Of a stretch of DNA of 64,000 nucleotides, positions 17,526 through 27,927 are shown in pieces. Origin of the DNA: an uncultured Bacteroides sp. Its GTDB lineage: Bacteria; Bacteroidota; Bacteroidia; Bacteroidales; Bacteroidaceae. Positions within the stretch are counted from its first letter, which is position 1, and each line of letters starts with the position of its first letter. Location of the stretch: NCBI GenBank assembly GCA_959029255.1, contig CAUFUE010000018.1, positions 39,726 to 103,725 of the forward strand, read 5' to 3'. The notes beneath the pieces are model-generated. The model saw only the letters and a list, made by a program, of their open reading frames with translations. It was not told where the DNA came from and ran no database searches. Made by a program: the position numbers and the translations under genes.

Positions 17526-19334
17526 ATGATTTACGGAAAACTTACTTTGGAGGATTGGCAAACCGCCCGTGTTGAAGGTGAAGAACCCGAATCCTCCTTC
17601 GAGAACCACAATTTGCGGCTTTTCTTTTACGGCACACTCTATAACCGCGACTCCCTTCAGGAAAGCCCTGAAGACACCAATGCCCGGATTGCCGCTTCAG
17701 CCTATCTGGCAGATAACGACGACGGCTTTTCACGGCTCGACGGTTCTTTTACCATCGTTTATTATTCTGAAGGCCACTGCGGAATAGCCCGTGACCGTCA
17801 CGGCATCCACTATCCGGTTTATACCACCCTTGGCGGCCATTTTTCATCCTCCTGGCAATATCTGCATGAGCATTGTTTGGCGGATGAACATCGCTACGAC
17901 CCCGTCACGTTGTCATCCTTCCTCCAGCGCGGACTTTTGAAGAAAGGGCGGTTCCCGTTGTCCGGTATCCATAGGGTGGAAGCGGGCAAGCAATACCAAA
18001 TATTTAGTGAGCGGAAATGCGTAGAGGACTTTGAAAAAGCGGAGCAGGCGGAGCTCCTCTCGGATGCGCATATCGAGAAAAGCCCCTGTCGGAAGCCCGA
18101 TATCGAAGCCCTTTCCCGTCAATACGGTGAACTCCATGCCCGGGCCATCCGGCGTCGTATAGGCGACAGCAGGCGGGTAGGCATCCTTTTGAGCGGCGGT
18201 TACGATTCCGGTTCAAACCTTGCCGCATTGCGCGGCATCTACGACGGGGATATAGATTCCTATTCCGTCGGTTTCAAAGGCAACCGGTGGACGGAACTTC
18301 CCATGGCACGCCTGATGTCCGATACTTTCGGTACGCGCCATCACGAGTACGAGATAGACGGCACCGAAATCAACGCCCTGCCCGACATCGTCCGCTTCCT
18401 GGGCGAGCCTTTTGTAGAGGGCGGTCTCATGGTGAATTATTGTGCCATGCGCATGGTTGGCGACGACAAGCCGGAGGTGATATTGGGTGGAGACGGCAGT
18501 GACCAATACTTTGGTACCGGCAGTCGTGAAATCGCCCTTCACTACCTCTCGTCACGCATGAGGCTAAAACCGCTTCTTCGGGGAGCCAACTCATTGCTCA
18601 GCCATCATCTGTTTGATACCGGTGGAAAACTCTCCCGTATCAACTTCCATATAGACCGCATTGTGCACATCCTGGAGGGTGACCGTTTCGGCTTTTCAGA
18701 TGCGGTCACGCGTAAGTTCCTGCAGTACCCTAAAGACGATTTCCGTCCGGATTATTCTCCCGTACCCGATACCCGCAGTTTTGAACACCTGTACACCCAG
18801 CATGCTCTCCAGTCCGACTTGGAAATAACCATCAACCGCGTAATCCTTTATAAAGCATCACGCATGGCAAGTATGTTCGGCAATAACCTGACATTCCCCT
18901 TTATGGACCTGGACCTTTTCAACTTCCTGCAAGAACTTCCTGTCAGCCTGAAGTGCAAAGCCGACAGCGTGTGGAAGATAGCCCGTGGACAGTCCGTCTC
19001 AAAATACCTGTTGAAGTACCACTATAAACCCCTGCTTCCCCCTGCCATCACCTCACAGAAGAAGCAAGGCGGATTTGCGCCCATGCCCTTGTTCTTCCGT
19101 GACCCGTCGCAGCGTGCCCGTCTTAAGGATTTCATCCTCTCCTCGAACATTTACGAAAGCTATCTTCGCCGGGACACGGTAGAAAAATTCCTCACGGATT
19201 ACGACCGTGAAGCGTCCCGCGAAAACGGTTGGTTCTGGTATCGCCAAAACAAAGCCTTGCAGTACTTCAATCTGCTGACGCTCGTCACCTGGTGGGAGCA
19301 GTTCTATGAAGAAAGCGGAGACGTCGCATATTGA
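17526..19334 (+). CDS. Asparagine synthase-like ATP-dependent amidotransferase
   Basis: LDGSF..ARDRHG, ILLSGGYDS PP-loop, GGDGSDQ, FPFMD and KKQGG motifs. Confidence 0.8.
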   Translation: MIYGKLTLEDWQTARVEGEEPESSFENHNLRLFFYGTLYNRDSLQESPEDTNARIAASAYLADNDDGFSRLDGSFTIVYYSEGHCGIARDRHGIHYPVYTTLGGHFSSSWQYLHEHCLADEHRYDPVTLSSFLQRGLLKKGRFPLSGIHRVEAGKQYQIFSERKCVEDFEKAEQAELLSDAHIEKSPCRKPDIEALSRQYGELHARAIRRRIGDSRRVGILLSGGYDSGSNLAALRGIYDGDIDSYSVGFKGNRWTELPMARLMSDTFGTRHHEYEIDGTEINALPDIVRFLGEPFVEGGLMVNYCAMRMVGDDKPEVILGGDGSDQYFGTGSREIALHYLSSRMRLKPLLRGANSLLSHHLFDTGGKLSRINFHIDRIVHILEGDRFGFSDAVTRKFLQYPKDDFRPDYSPVPDTRSFEHLYTQHALQSDLEITINRVILYKASRMASMFGNNLTFPFMDLDLFNFLQELPVSLKCKADSVWKIARGQSVSKYLLKYHYKPLLPPAITSQKKQGGFAPMPLFFRDPSQRARLKDFILSSNIYESYLRRDTVEKFLTDYDREASRENGWFWYRQNKALQYFNLLTLVTWWEQFYEESGDVAY

Positions 19335-19398
19335 AAAACCGCCTGTAAGTTGGAAATATCTTTGGAAAGGTATATATTTACGGGAAAAATAGAGTGAT

Positions 19399-19821
19399 AT
19401 GTCAGAAATAGAAAATCAAGATATCCGTTGGAAGCAACGTTTTCAGAACTACGAGAAAGCTTTCCATCGACTTTCGCGAGCCATAAACGTAGTGAAAGCC
19501 ACCCCCGACGATGATTTGCTGCAATCCGGTCTGGTCCAAACCTACGAATACACCTTTGAGTTGGCATGGAAAACCCTGAAAGACTATTTGGAACTGGAAG
19601 GTTTTTTGTTACGTTCCCCTCGTGAAACCATTCGCCAAGGATTTCAGAGTGGTTATATCACGAATGCCGAAGACTGGTTGCAAGCCCTGTCCGATCGTAA
19701 TCTCACAGTTCACATCTATGATGATGAAATAATCTCCCGTGTACTGAAAGACATTTTTGAGCGTTATTTCTTTATCTTGCAAACCTTTTACGAAACTTTT
19801 AAACTCAAAATAGATGAGTGA
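19399..19821 (+). CDS. HEPN-type nucleotidyltransferase substrate-binding protein (HI0074 family)
   Basis: DIRWKQRFQN, YEYTFELAWKTLKD, SPRETIR and the DRNLTVHIY Rx4H motif. Confidence 0.88.
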   Translation: MSEIENQDIRWKQRFQNYEKAFHRLSRAINVVKATPDDDLLQSGLVQTYEYTFELAWKTLKDYLELEGFLLRSPRETIRQGFQSGYITNAEDWLQALSDRNLTVHIYDDEIISRVLKDIFERYFFILQTFYETFKLKIDE

Positions 19822-20131
19822 TGTCCTGTGGCAAAAATATGGTTTAAGCGAAGCCAACGGGCAACGCGTATCAGATGTCCTTTCCCTTTTCGGCGAAGTG
19901 CATGAAGCCATCCTGTTCGGTTCGCGCGCCAAAGGGAACTACAAGCCGGGTTCTGATATAGACCTTGCTGTGAAAGGTACTGTTTCTAAAGATGTATTAT
20001 CAAAATTACTCACCGCTTTTGAAGAATCCCTGTTGCCTTATTTTGTGGACGTGGTGGTGTATGGCAATATTGAGAATAAGGCGCTGCGGGAACATATTGA
20101 CAGGGTGGGGGTAAGTATATATCAAAAATAA
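19814..20131 (+). CDS. Minimal nucleotidyltransferase (MNT), partner of the HEPN protein
   Basis: LFGSRAKGNYKPGSDIDLAV motif; overlaps the HEPN gene stop. Confidence 0.9.
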   Translation: MSDVLWQKYGLSEANGQRVSDVLSLFGEVHEAILFGSRAKGNYKPGSDIDLAVKGTVSKDVLSKLLTAFEESLLPYFVDVVVYGNIENKALREHIDRVGVSIYQK

Positions 20132-20337
20132 TGAAAGTATCTGTCATCATACCGGTTTATAACGTCTCTAAATATATTGAGCGTTGTCTTTTGTCTGTTC
20201 TCAACCAGACATGGGAGGACTTGGAGATTATTCTGGTGGATGATTGTACGCCGGATAATTCGATGGGAATAGCACAGGCTTTGGATTGTTTTTATATTCA
20301 TATGGTACAAAATACCTCACGAATTACTACCTCATGA
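20131..20337 (+). pseudogene. Truncated GT2 glycosyltransferase (N-terminal ~50 aa only)
   Basis: MKVSVIIPVYNVSKYIERCLLSVLNQT..EIILVDDCTPDNS, then the resemblance ends and a stop follows. Confidence 0.75.
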
Positions 20338-20469
20338 AGTTCTCTGTAAAAAAATAAGAATGTAAAATTCAGAAAATAAAATCTCTTTATACAGAGATTT
20401 ATACATGAATGGTTTATGTTTACGAAAAAATGTAAGACTTTTATTGAAAAAGTAAATTAAAATAAAATA

Positions 20470-22116
20470 ATGAGAAAAGCTTTATCTTATAAGGTGACTT
20501 TTATATTGTTCTTTATATTGAACTTTGTACTTTCTGTTTGTTATAATATAGATAATGAAAAATTAGCCCTTCTTCCTAAAAGACTTATTTTAGCTCTTAT
20601 CAATAGTATTGGGGTAAGTGTTGTTTTATTGGGTATACTATTTATATTTTATCGATACCTGAAACTTAATTTGCGAATATTTTTCCTTTGTATATTGTTT
20701 ATAATAGATCTTGTAGAAAGTTTTGTGTTAATTACATTCAATTCATTGATTACACCTTCTATTATATTGGTCATTCTCGAAACCAATATGCAAGAGATTT
20801 CCGAATTTTTTGATACTGCATATTTCGATGTATATACTTGCCTTACTTTATTGGTTATAATTATCATAGCCGGATTGTGTTTATTCTTTATACATAAGCT
20901 TGATTCATATCATTTCCCTAAATTTTTCAATCATAGTAAATTGAATGTTTACTTGGCGGTGACAGGAGGAATTGTTTATATACTTTTATCTTATTACACC
21001 ATACACATGCGTAAAATCATATCTTATCCTTCTTTAACAGGCATTGAGCGTTTGTATTATTCCATAAAAGTTACATTGCATGATAGAATCGATTATCAGA
21101 GAATAATGAGTTTAGTGAAAAAGGCGCAACCTGAGATACGGCAAGTACATGAGGGGGTTTCCAATATTGTATTGATTTTGGGAGAGTCGTTGTCAAAAGT
21201 ACATATGAATTGCTATGGATATTCTCTTCCAACTACACCCTATTTAAACGAAAGAATAAAAAACGGAGAAATTGTAGTTTTTGATAGTGTAATGACTAGG
21301 AAAACTGTAACTGTTGAAGCTCTGAAAGTAATAATGAGCTTTTATAATCATATGTCGGAAAGGTCGTGGTATGAGTATTATATGCTCCCTACAGTTATGC
21401 AATCGGCTGGATATAATACTTTTTGGTTATCCAATCAGGAAAGCTTTGGAGTGGCTGATTTCAATATTTCGGCTGCGATAGCTTCTTCTGCAGAAAAAGT
21501 AATATATACGCACCAAAGACATACTTCAGAGGATAAAGTTGGTTATTTTGATGAAGGAATACTTCCTTTTTTAGATGATTGTATTGGAAAAGGTTGGAAA
21601 AATTTTTATGTTTGTCACCTCATGGGTTCTCATTGGAGATATGCTAATCGATATCCTGAGGCTTTCAATAAATTTAACTCTGAAGATATTAAGAATAACA
21701 AGAGAAAATCCTTTAAAAAGATAATAGCAGAATATGATAACTCTGTACTTTATAATGACTATGTTGTCAATGAGATAATAAAGAGATTCCAAAAAAGTGA
21801 AAGTATTATTTTATATTTTCCCGATCATGGAGAAGAAGTATATGATACTCAGAATATGAATGGGCATCGAATGGATAATCCGACTTTAACAATGATGGAA
21901 ATACCATTTTTTGTCTGGATGTCGAAAACAATGCAGGAACATTATTCTTCATTGGTGTGCCGCATTAAGAAAGCTACTTCAAACCAATTTTATACGGAAA
22001 ATATAATTCATACCGTATTGGACATAGGAGGAATAGAACTTTCTGGATATGATGCAACAAAGAGTCTTTTTTATAATGAAGAAAAAACAAATATAGAAAC
22101 CGGTATATGTCACTGA
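20470..22116 (+). CDS. Phosphoethanolamine transferase (EptA/sulfatase family)
   Basis: N-terminal TM helices; LILGES, YGYSLPTTP, WLSNQ, HLMGSH, YDNSVLYND and PDHGE motifs. Confidence 0.88.
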   Translation: MRKALSYKVTFILFFILNFVLSVCYNIDNEKLALLPKRLILALINSIGVSVVLLGILFIFYRYLKLNLRIFFLCILFIIDLVESFVLITFNSLITPSIILVILETNMQEISEFFDTAYFDVYTCLTLLVIIIIAGLCLFFIHKLDSYHFPKFFNHSKLNVYLAVTGGIVYILLSYYTIHMRKIISYPSLTGIERLYYSIKVTLHDRIDYQRIMSLVKKAQPEIRQVHEGVSNIVLILGESLSKVHMNCYGYSLPTTPYLNERIKNGEIVVFDSVMTRKTVTVEALKVIMSFYNHMSERSWYEYYMLPTVMQSAGYNTFWLSNQESFGVADFNISAAIASSAEKVIYTHQRHTSEDKVGYFDEGILPFLDDCIGKGWKNFYVCHLMGSHWRYANRYPEAFNKFNSEDIKNNKRKSFKKIIAEYDNSVLYNDYVVNEIIKRFQKSESIILYFPDHGEEVYDTQNMNGHRMDNPTLTMMEIPFFVWMSKTMQEHYSSLVCRIKKATSNQFYTENIIHTVLDIGGIELSGYDATKSLFYNEEKTNIETGICH

Positions 22117-23543
22117 AGAATCAGGCTATAAAGGGCTTTTTTTGGAATTCTATAGAACGTTTCTCTGCTCAAGGAATTCAATTTGTATTGACGATATTTA
22201 TTGCGCGTATATTGTCACCAGATGATTATGGTCTGATAGCAATGTTGAGCATTTTTATGGCTGTTGCACAAGTGCTTGTTGACAGTGGATTTGGAAACGC
22301 ACTGATACAGAAAAAAGAACGTAGTGAAGTGGATTATAGTACTGCATTTTATTTTAATATAATCGTTTCCATAATAATATATCTTCTACTCTATTTTACT
22401 TCTCCTTTGATTGCAAATTTTTATGAACAATCTCAATTAACACAAATTGCGCGTGTATTTGGTTTTGTGCTTATTATAAATTCATTTTCTATCGTTCAAC
22501 AAGCTAGGTTGACCATTTTGCTTGATTTCAAGAAACAGGCTGTTGCATCTCTTATTTCGGTAGTGGTAAGTGGAATTGTCGGAATATATATAGCATATTG
22601 TGGATATGGGGTATGGGCATTGGTATGGCAAGCTATATTTGCAGCATTTTGCAGGGGAGTGATATTTTGGATATATGCTCATTGGTTTCCCGGATATGTA
22701 TTTTCAATGAGATCTTTTCATTATATGTTTTCGTTTGGTTCCCGTTTGATGTTAGCTTCCTTGTTACATACAGTTTACACTAATATGTATTCATTGGTAG
22801 TGGGAAAGGTTTTCACTGCTTCTACTTTAGGGTATTTTAATCGGGCTTTCACTTTAGGACAATTCCCTGTACAAAACTTTTCGGTTATTATTCTGAAAGT
22901 ACTATATCCGATTCAATGTCGTTTTCAGGATGATTTGGAGAAGTTCAATTATATATTTGTTAACTATCTGCGTTTCTCATGTTTTGTTTTATTTCCTATA
23001 ATGATAGGAATGTTTGTTTTGGCAGAACCATTGATATCTGTATTGTTGACGGATAAATGGTTACCAGCTGTTCCTTTTTTACAAATAATCTGTTTGGCTG
23101 GTATGTGGAATCCTGTGATGCAAATCAATGTTTCGGTTTTGGATGCTAAGGGTAGAAGCGACTATCATTTACAATCAGAAATAATAAAAAAAATATTGGC
23201 ATTTGTTATTTTATTTGTTTCTTTACCTTTAGGGATAAAAATGATATGCGTGGGACTTGTGGTTTACGCATTTACTGATATGGCTATTATTATTTGGTAT
23301 ACAAGGCGGCTGACAGGAATAGGATATTGTAGACAAATCAAGATTTTGTTACCTGTTATATTACTCAGTACAACGATGGGAAGTGTTGCATGGTTGGCTT
23401 CCTCGTTATTTACAGATGCGTGGCTTCGTTTACTTGTAGGTATAACTGTAGGAGGTATTTGGTACTTGGGTGGTGCTTGGATTTTTCATTTTAAAGAGTG
23501 GGAATATGGAAAAAAAATTATTTGTAACAGCTCGTTGGAATAG
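22107..23543 (+). CDS. wzx: Polysaccharide flippase (Wzx)
   Basis: MSLKNQAIKGFFW..ARILSPDDYG..DSGFGNALIQ; multi-pass membrane protein. Confidence 0.88.
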   Translation: MSLKNQAIKGFFWNSIERFSAQGIQFVLTIFIARILSPDDYGLIAMLSIFMAVAQVLVDSGFGNALIQKKERSEVDYSTAFYFNIIVSIIIYLLLYFTSPLIANFYEQSQLTQIARVFGFVLIINSFSIVQQARLTILLDFKKQAVASLISVVVSGIVGIYIAYCGYGVWALVWQAIFAAFCRGVIFWIYAHWFPGYVFSMRSFHYMFSFGSRLMLASLLHTVYTNMYSLVVGKVFTASTLGYFNRAFTLGQFPVQNFSVIILKVLYPIQCRFQDDLEKFNYIFVNYLRFSCFVLFPIMIGMFVLAEPLISVLLTDKWLPAVPFLQIICLAGMWNPVMQINVSVLDAKGRSDYHLQSEIIKKILAFVILFVSLPLGIKMICVGLVVYAFTDMAIIIWYTRRLTGIGYCRQIKILLPVILLSTTMGSVAWLASSLFTDAWLRLLVGITVGGIWYLGGAWIFHFKEWEYGKKIICNSSLE

Positions 23544-24609
23544 GTCGGACATCAGGAAAACGTGGTCTGGAAGTGGATATGCCCTTTGGCAAGGACTTTC
23601 CAAAAACTTTCGTGTAGAAAAAATTGCTTTGGTAAATACATGGTGGTATCGCTGTTTGCAATTAGCCCGTCGTGTCGGAATGAGGTTTCTATCAAAACCA
23701 TTGGAAGATATACAAACTAATATTTTAAGGAAACAGATTCAACAATATAAGAATATACCGGTATTTATGATAACGGGAGTTTTTGAAGTAGAAAATCCTT
23801 CATATTTGTACATGGATAATATTTGGGAAGTAGCTCATTTGTTAACATCTTCAGAAGCACAAAATAAACATTATTTCAATCATTTTTTTAGTTATTCTTC
23901 CCAAGAAATTTCATTTCAGATTACCCGCCAATATAATGTTTTTTCTAAAAGTAAAGCAATTTTTTTGATGGGGCATTGGCTTGCCGACTATATGAAAGAT
24001 ATTTATCCGGAGTTCAAAGACAAGATATATGCAGTTGGTGGAGGATGCAATGCATACTCTTTCAATTCTGATGAGATACGTCGTGGAAACAAAATATTAT
24101 TTGTAGGTAAGGCATTTTTGCGTAAGGGAGGTGATATCGTGGTGGAAGCTTTTCGATTACTGCGTGCCAATTATAAAAAAGATGCAGAATTAATTATAGT
24201 AGGTCCTAAAACTCTGCCAGATAAATATAGGGGAGAAGGAATTATATTCAAAGGTTGTCTCTCTTTTGAAGAGGTTGGGAGATTGATGAAGATGTGCGAT
24301 GTTTTTTGCATGCCTTCCCGATTCGAGGCTTATGGGCTTGTTTTTGTGGAAGCTTTGTTGAACGGACTTCCTTGCATCGGAAGGAATGCATTTGAAATGC
24401 CTTATTTTATCGAACCTGGTATTACGGGTGAGTTGATAGATGAAGATGACCCAGAGGTACTTGCAAGGAAGATTGTAGACGTTATGGCTAATGATGAAAT
24501 GAAACATGCAGTAGCAGAAAGGAGAAATGAATATGAGTCATATTATAATTGGGATAGGGTTTGTGCAGATATAACCCGTATTATAAAAGAGAAAGAAAAT
24601 GAAAGATAA
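23506..24609 (+). CDS. GT4 (family 1) glycosyltransferase
   Basis: ILFVGK..RKGGD and FCMPSRFEAYGLVFVEAL motifs. Confidence 0.88.
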   Translation: MEKKLFVTARWNRSDIRKTWSGSGYALWQGLSKNFRVEKIALVNTWWYRCLQLARRVGMRFLSKPLEDIQTNILRKQIQQYKNIPVFMITGVFEVENPSYLYMDNIWEVAHLLTSSEAQNKHYFNHFFSYSSQEISFQITRQYNVFSKSKAIFLMGHWLADYMKDIYPEFKDKIYAVGGGCNAYSFNSDEIRRGNKILFVGKAFLRKGGDIVVEAFRLLRANYKKDAELIIVGPKTLPDKYRGEGIIFKGCLSFEEVGRLMKMCDVFCMPSRFEAYGLVFVEALLNGLPCIGRNAFEMPYFIEPGITGELIDEDDPEVLARKIVDVMANDEMKHAVAERRNEYESYYNWDRVCADITRIIKEKENER

Positions 24610-25489
24610 ATTAGTTTCTATCATTACAATTAACTATAATGGTTTGCAGGATACATGTGAACTTATTGAGTCTTTGCAAAAGTATGAAACATATCCTTAT
24701 GAAATCATAGTAGTTGATAATGCTTCACAAGGTGATGATGTGGATAAGCTCAGTAATCGGAAATATCCTTTTGTAAAGTTGATACGTAGTGATAAAAATC
24801 TAGGGTTTGCCGGTGGTAATAATTTAGGGATTAAATATGCAAAGGGAGAATATCTCTTTTTTTTAAATAACGATATGGTCGTGAAATCTCCCGTAATAGA
24901 AAATTTAGTCAATCGCTTGTGCGCAAATCCACTTATTGCGGGAATATCTCCGATGATACGTTTCTTTTATCGTCCCAACGAAATACAATATTATGGTTAT
25001 CGTGATTTATCAGTTATTTCGGTGATGAGAAGGACCGAGTATTTTGATATTTCTCGTATGGACGAATATCTTCATGCTCAGAAAACGGAAGTTTTACATG
25101 GAGGAGCTATGATGTTTCATCGTGAAGCTATTGAGAAGGTAGGAGTAATGACCGAGGTTTATTTTCTCTTTTATGAGGAATTTGATTGGAGTCGTCGTTT
25201 CCGCGAAGCAGGTTATGAGCTTTGGTATGATCCTGCTTCTATTGTCTATCATAAAGAAAGTGCTACAATAAAGCCATTGACTGCTTTTCGTGAATTTTAT
25301 TTGACGAGGAGTCGTATGATTTTTACTAGACGTAATAATAAAAGGCTTGTTCGTATTCTGTCCTGTCTGTATTTGATATTCATTTCTGCTCCGAATAAGA
25401 CTCAAAGATATGCCCGTGAAGGAAACTGGCATATGATACCTTCTGTGTGGTGCGGTGCTTTTTCAGGATTATTGGTTAAAATACACTGA
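24599..25489 (+). CDS. GT2 glycosyltransferase
   Basis: VVDNAS, NLGFAGGNNLG, FLNND and FLFYEEFDW motifs. Confidence 0.9.
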   Translation: MKDKLVSIITINYNGLQDTCELIESLQKYETYPYEIIVVDNASQGDDVDKLSNRKYPFVKLIRSDKNLGFAGGNNLGIKYAKGEYLFFLNNDMVVKSPVIENLVNRLCANPLIAGISPMIRFFYRPNEIQYYGYRDLSVISVMRRTEYFDISRMDEYLHAQKTEVLHGGAMMFHREAIEKVGVMTEVYFLFYEEFDWSRRFREAGYELWYDPASIVYHKESATIKPLTAFREFYLTRSRMIFTRRNNKRLVRILSCLYLIFISAPNKTQRYAREGNWHMIPSVWCGAFSGLLVKIH

Positions 25490-25494
25490 TTATT

Positions 25495-26553
25495 ATGGAG
25501 AAAAAATTACCACTTATTTCATTGGGTATCCCTGTTTACAATGCTGCTGGACTGATAGAACAAACTTTATTGTCAGTTTTAAACCAAACATATCCGAATA
25601 TAGAATATCTACTTATTGATGATAAAGGAGACAGCATGGATATTGTTCATAAAGTTGTAGGAAAGCATCCGCGTGGTGGAGTAGTAAAGATTATTGACCA
25701 AGGACAAAATATGGGTATAGGAATGGCTCGTAATGCCATACTTGATAATGCCACAGGTGAATATTTGTTCACGATGGATTGTGACGATGTAATAGCATTG
25801 GATTGTATAGAGACTCTTTATGGTTATATGTCAGAACATCCTGTAGATTTTGTTGCAGGTTCTTTTGTACGTAAAGATATGGACGGTCATCAGTATGCCG
25901 GATGTCAGTATACAGATACTTTAATAGAGGGTAATCATTATCCTGTTGCTCGTTATCGTTATGGACAGAAGAAAGAAATTTTTGTTGCGACATGGAATAA
26001 ACTTTATTCTTTGGCTTTTTTAAGACATTATCATATCCGGTGTAAAGAAGGGCATTTTAATGAAGATCCTTGGTTCACTTATCAAGTGATTATCAATGCT
26101 TCTTCTTGTAGGCTTGTCCCAGAGTATACTTTATTTTATACATGCAATCCCCAATCCGTATCCGGAATTTCTGCTGTAAAAGGTTATTCTCCACAAATCG
26201 CACGGCAATTTGTGGAGATACAAAAACTGAAGTCTGCGTATATACGTTCGTTGGTGAGTGAAGATTTTTATAGGGATTTGTTATTAGATATAATGCAAAT
26301 GAGTATTTATCATGCTTATCGTATTTGTTGTTCTGTTTTATTGCCTAAAAAAATGAACAATGAATTACTACGTGAAATATTGACTTTATCATGTTTCATG
26401 CCCCAAAACAATGTTGGAAAGAAATCATTCAAATATATGTTTTTTCGTTTTATCTTTGCATTACCTATGTGTTGTAAACTTGTTTTAATCAAATTGACTG
26501 TCAAAATACATGTGAAGCAAAAAATTCGAAAGTGGATACATTTCAATAGCTAA
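25495..26553 (+). CDS. GT2 glycosyltransferase
   Basis: IPVYN..SVLNQTY, ARN, MDCDD, WNKLY and NEDPWF motifs. Confidence 0.88.
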   Translation: MEKKLPLISLGIPVYNAAGLIEQTLLSVLNQTYPNIEYLLIDDKGDSMDIVHKVVGKHPRGGVVKIIDQGQNMGIGMARNAILDNATGEYLFTMDCDDVIALDCIETLYGYMSEHPVDFVAGSFVRKDMDGHQYAGCQYTDTLIEGNHYPVARYRYGQKKEIFVATWNKLYSLAFLRHYHIRCKEGHFNEDPWFTYQVIINASSCRLVPEYTLFYTCNPQSVSGISAVKGYSPQIARQFVEIQKLKSAYIRSLVSEDFYRDLLLDIMQMSIYHAYRICCSVLLPKKMNNELLREILTLSCFMPQNNVGKKSFKYMFFRFIFALPMCCKLVLIKLTVKIHVKQKIRKWIHFNS

Positions 26554-26570
26554 CCTAAATGGGGAATATA

Positions 26571-26610
26571 AAAAAACGGGCAATAATTAATTTTCATTGC
26601 CCGTTTTTTT
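26571..26610. terminator. Bidirectional terminator
   Basis: AAAAAACGGGCAAT...ATTGCCCGTTTTTTT between convergent genes. Confidence 0.85.
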
Positions 26611-26611
26611 A

Positions 26612-27055
26612 TTACCACCGTTCTTTTTTTACCTCGAAACACGGACACTCCTTTGTCCACTCCATCGGTTCCACCTCCCCGTTGCCGTTCAAGTCTGGAC
26701 TGAGATCTCGGTGTCCCACGACCCGTGCGCCGGGATAGTCCATCAATAACGCACGTACCAATACGCGGAGCGAATGTCGTTGCCATTCCGTGCGGGTATC
26801 CTTAGGATTTCCATAATGGTCCAGTCCACCCTCATAGCAGATGCCTATACTGTGAGCATTGTAGCCCCGCGCGTGGGCACCAACCCTCTCTACCGCACGT
26901 GTAGTCCGGATTTTTCCGTCACGACGCACATAGAAATGATAACCTGTTCCATCAAATCCACGTTGGCGGTGCGAAATCTCCAATGCCTGTTCGGTAAAAG
27001 GGCAATCCTCGCACGTAGCGCTACAATGTATCACAATCAAATCAATAAAGCGCAT
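26612..27055 (-). CDS. N-acetylmuramoyl-L-alanine amidase (T7 lysozyme-like, Amidase_2)
   Basis: IVIHCSAT, GYHFY, GAHARGYN..SIGICYEGG, GHRDLSPD and KECPCF motifs. Confidence 0.92.
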   Translation of the reverse strand: MRFIDLIVIHCSATCEDCPFTEQALEISHRQRGFDGTGYHFYVRRDGKIRTTRAVERVGAHARGYNAHSIGICYEGGLDHYGNPKDTRTEWQRHSLRVLVRALLMDYPGARVVGHRDLSPDLNGNGEVEPMEWTKECPCFEVKKERW

Positions 27056-27083
27056 TGCCTTATACTTTATCCCTTATGCCAGG

Positions 27084-27185
27084 TTACACATTCATCGCAT
27101 TTGCCCCGAAGACGCCGAGAACGGCGGAAGCCACAGCGATTACTACTTTCAAAATTGTATCCCAAAGTCCTGTCTTTTTACTCAT
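27084..27185 (-). CDS. Smalltalk-type small hydrophobic protein (33 aa)
   Basis: Manual translation MSKKTGLWDTILKVVIAVASAVLGVFGANAMNV; typical position between the HU-like and amidase genes; below the ORF-track cutoff. Confidence 0.75.
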   Translation of the reverse strand: MSKKTGLWDTILKVVIAVASAVLGVFGANAMNV

Positions 27186-27297
27186 AATCTTAATAATTTA
27201 GGTTTGTAATCAATATCTGACCACGGAAAACACAGAGTCTCATCATATTTTAATCCTTCAATCCATGTAAATCCGTATCCTCCGTGGTGAAAGAAAA

Positions 27298-27801
27298 TTA
27301 TCCCAATGGATTTTCGTTCTGGTCTTCTCCTGCGCCACCCTCCGAATTACCGCCGCCCGACGGAGTGCTGCCGTCTTTCGATACCAGTTCAAAGACAATA
27401 TTGTTTGGCGCACCTTTGGTGGTGGCGTTCGTGTCATTCACCAGTCTCAAGGTATTCGCCACTTTGAAGCGAATATTCACCTTTTCGATATTCTTTACGG
27501 TACAATCTTTCGCCGCCTCGGTGGCACGGCAACGGAATGTGGTGTGGAAAATACCGAAACCGTCCAAGCGGACACTATTGCCGTCGGTGAGGGTTTGTCT
27601 CATCTGGCGTACAATGGCCTTGCCTACGTGTTCCACATCTTCGGCAGACATACCTCCCAACGCTTCAATATCCTGCGCAATACGTTGTAAATCAAAAATC
27701 TTGGCATCTTTCGACTTCCGTCTCAGGGTGTAGACCATTGGGGAATTTTTATCGCCCACTGTTTTGTGGCGCTGTGCGCGCACTACTAATGCATTTGACA
27801 T
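27298..27801 (-). CDS. HU-related DNA-binding protein (Bacteroidetes TIGR01201-type)
   Basis: LTDGNSVRLDGFGIF, VNIRF and a Gly-rich tail ending ENPLG; promoter element TATCTTTG at 27901-27908. Confidence 0.85.
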   Translation of the reverse strand: MSNALVVRAQRHKTVGDKNSPMVYTLRRKSKDAKIFDLQRIAQDIEALGGMSAEDVEHVGKAIVRQMRQTLTDGNSVRLDGFGIFHTTFRCRATEAAKDCTVKNIEKVNIRFKVANTLRLVNDTNATTKGAPNNIVFELVSKDGSTPSGGGNSEGGAGEDQNENPLG

Positions 27802-27927
27802 AATTTTTTTTAATGTTTAAGTTAAAAAAACAAGTTTACTTTCACTTGAAATCTCGGGGGAAATTTTCTGCAGCAAAAATCCCTTATCGTTTCGTTGAAA
27901 CAAAGATACTACATCGGGCAAGGGAGT

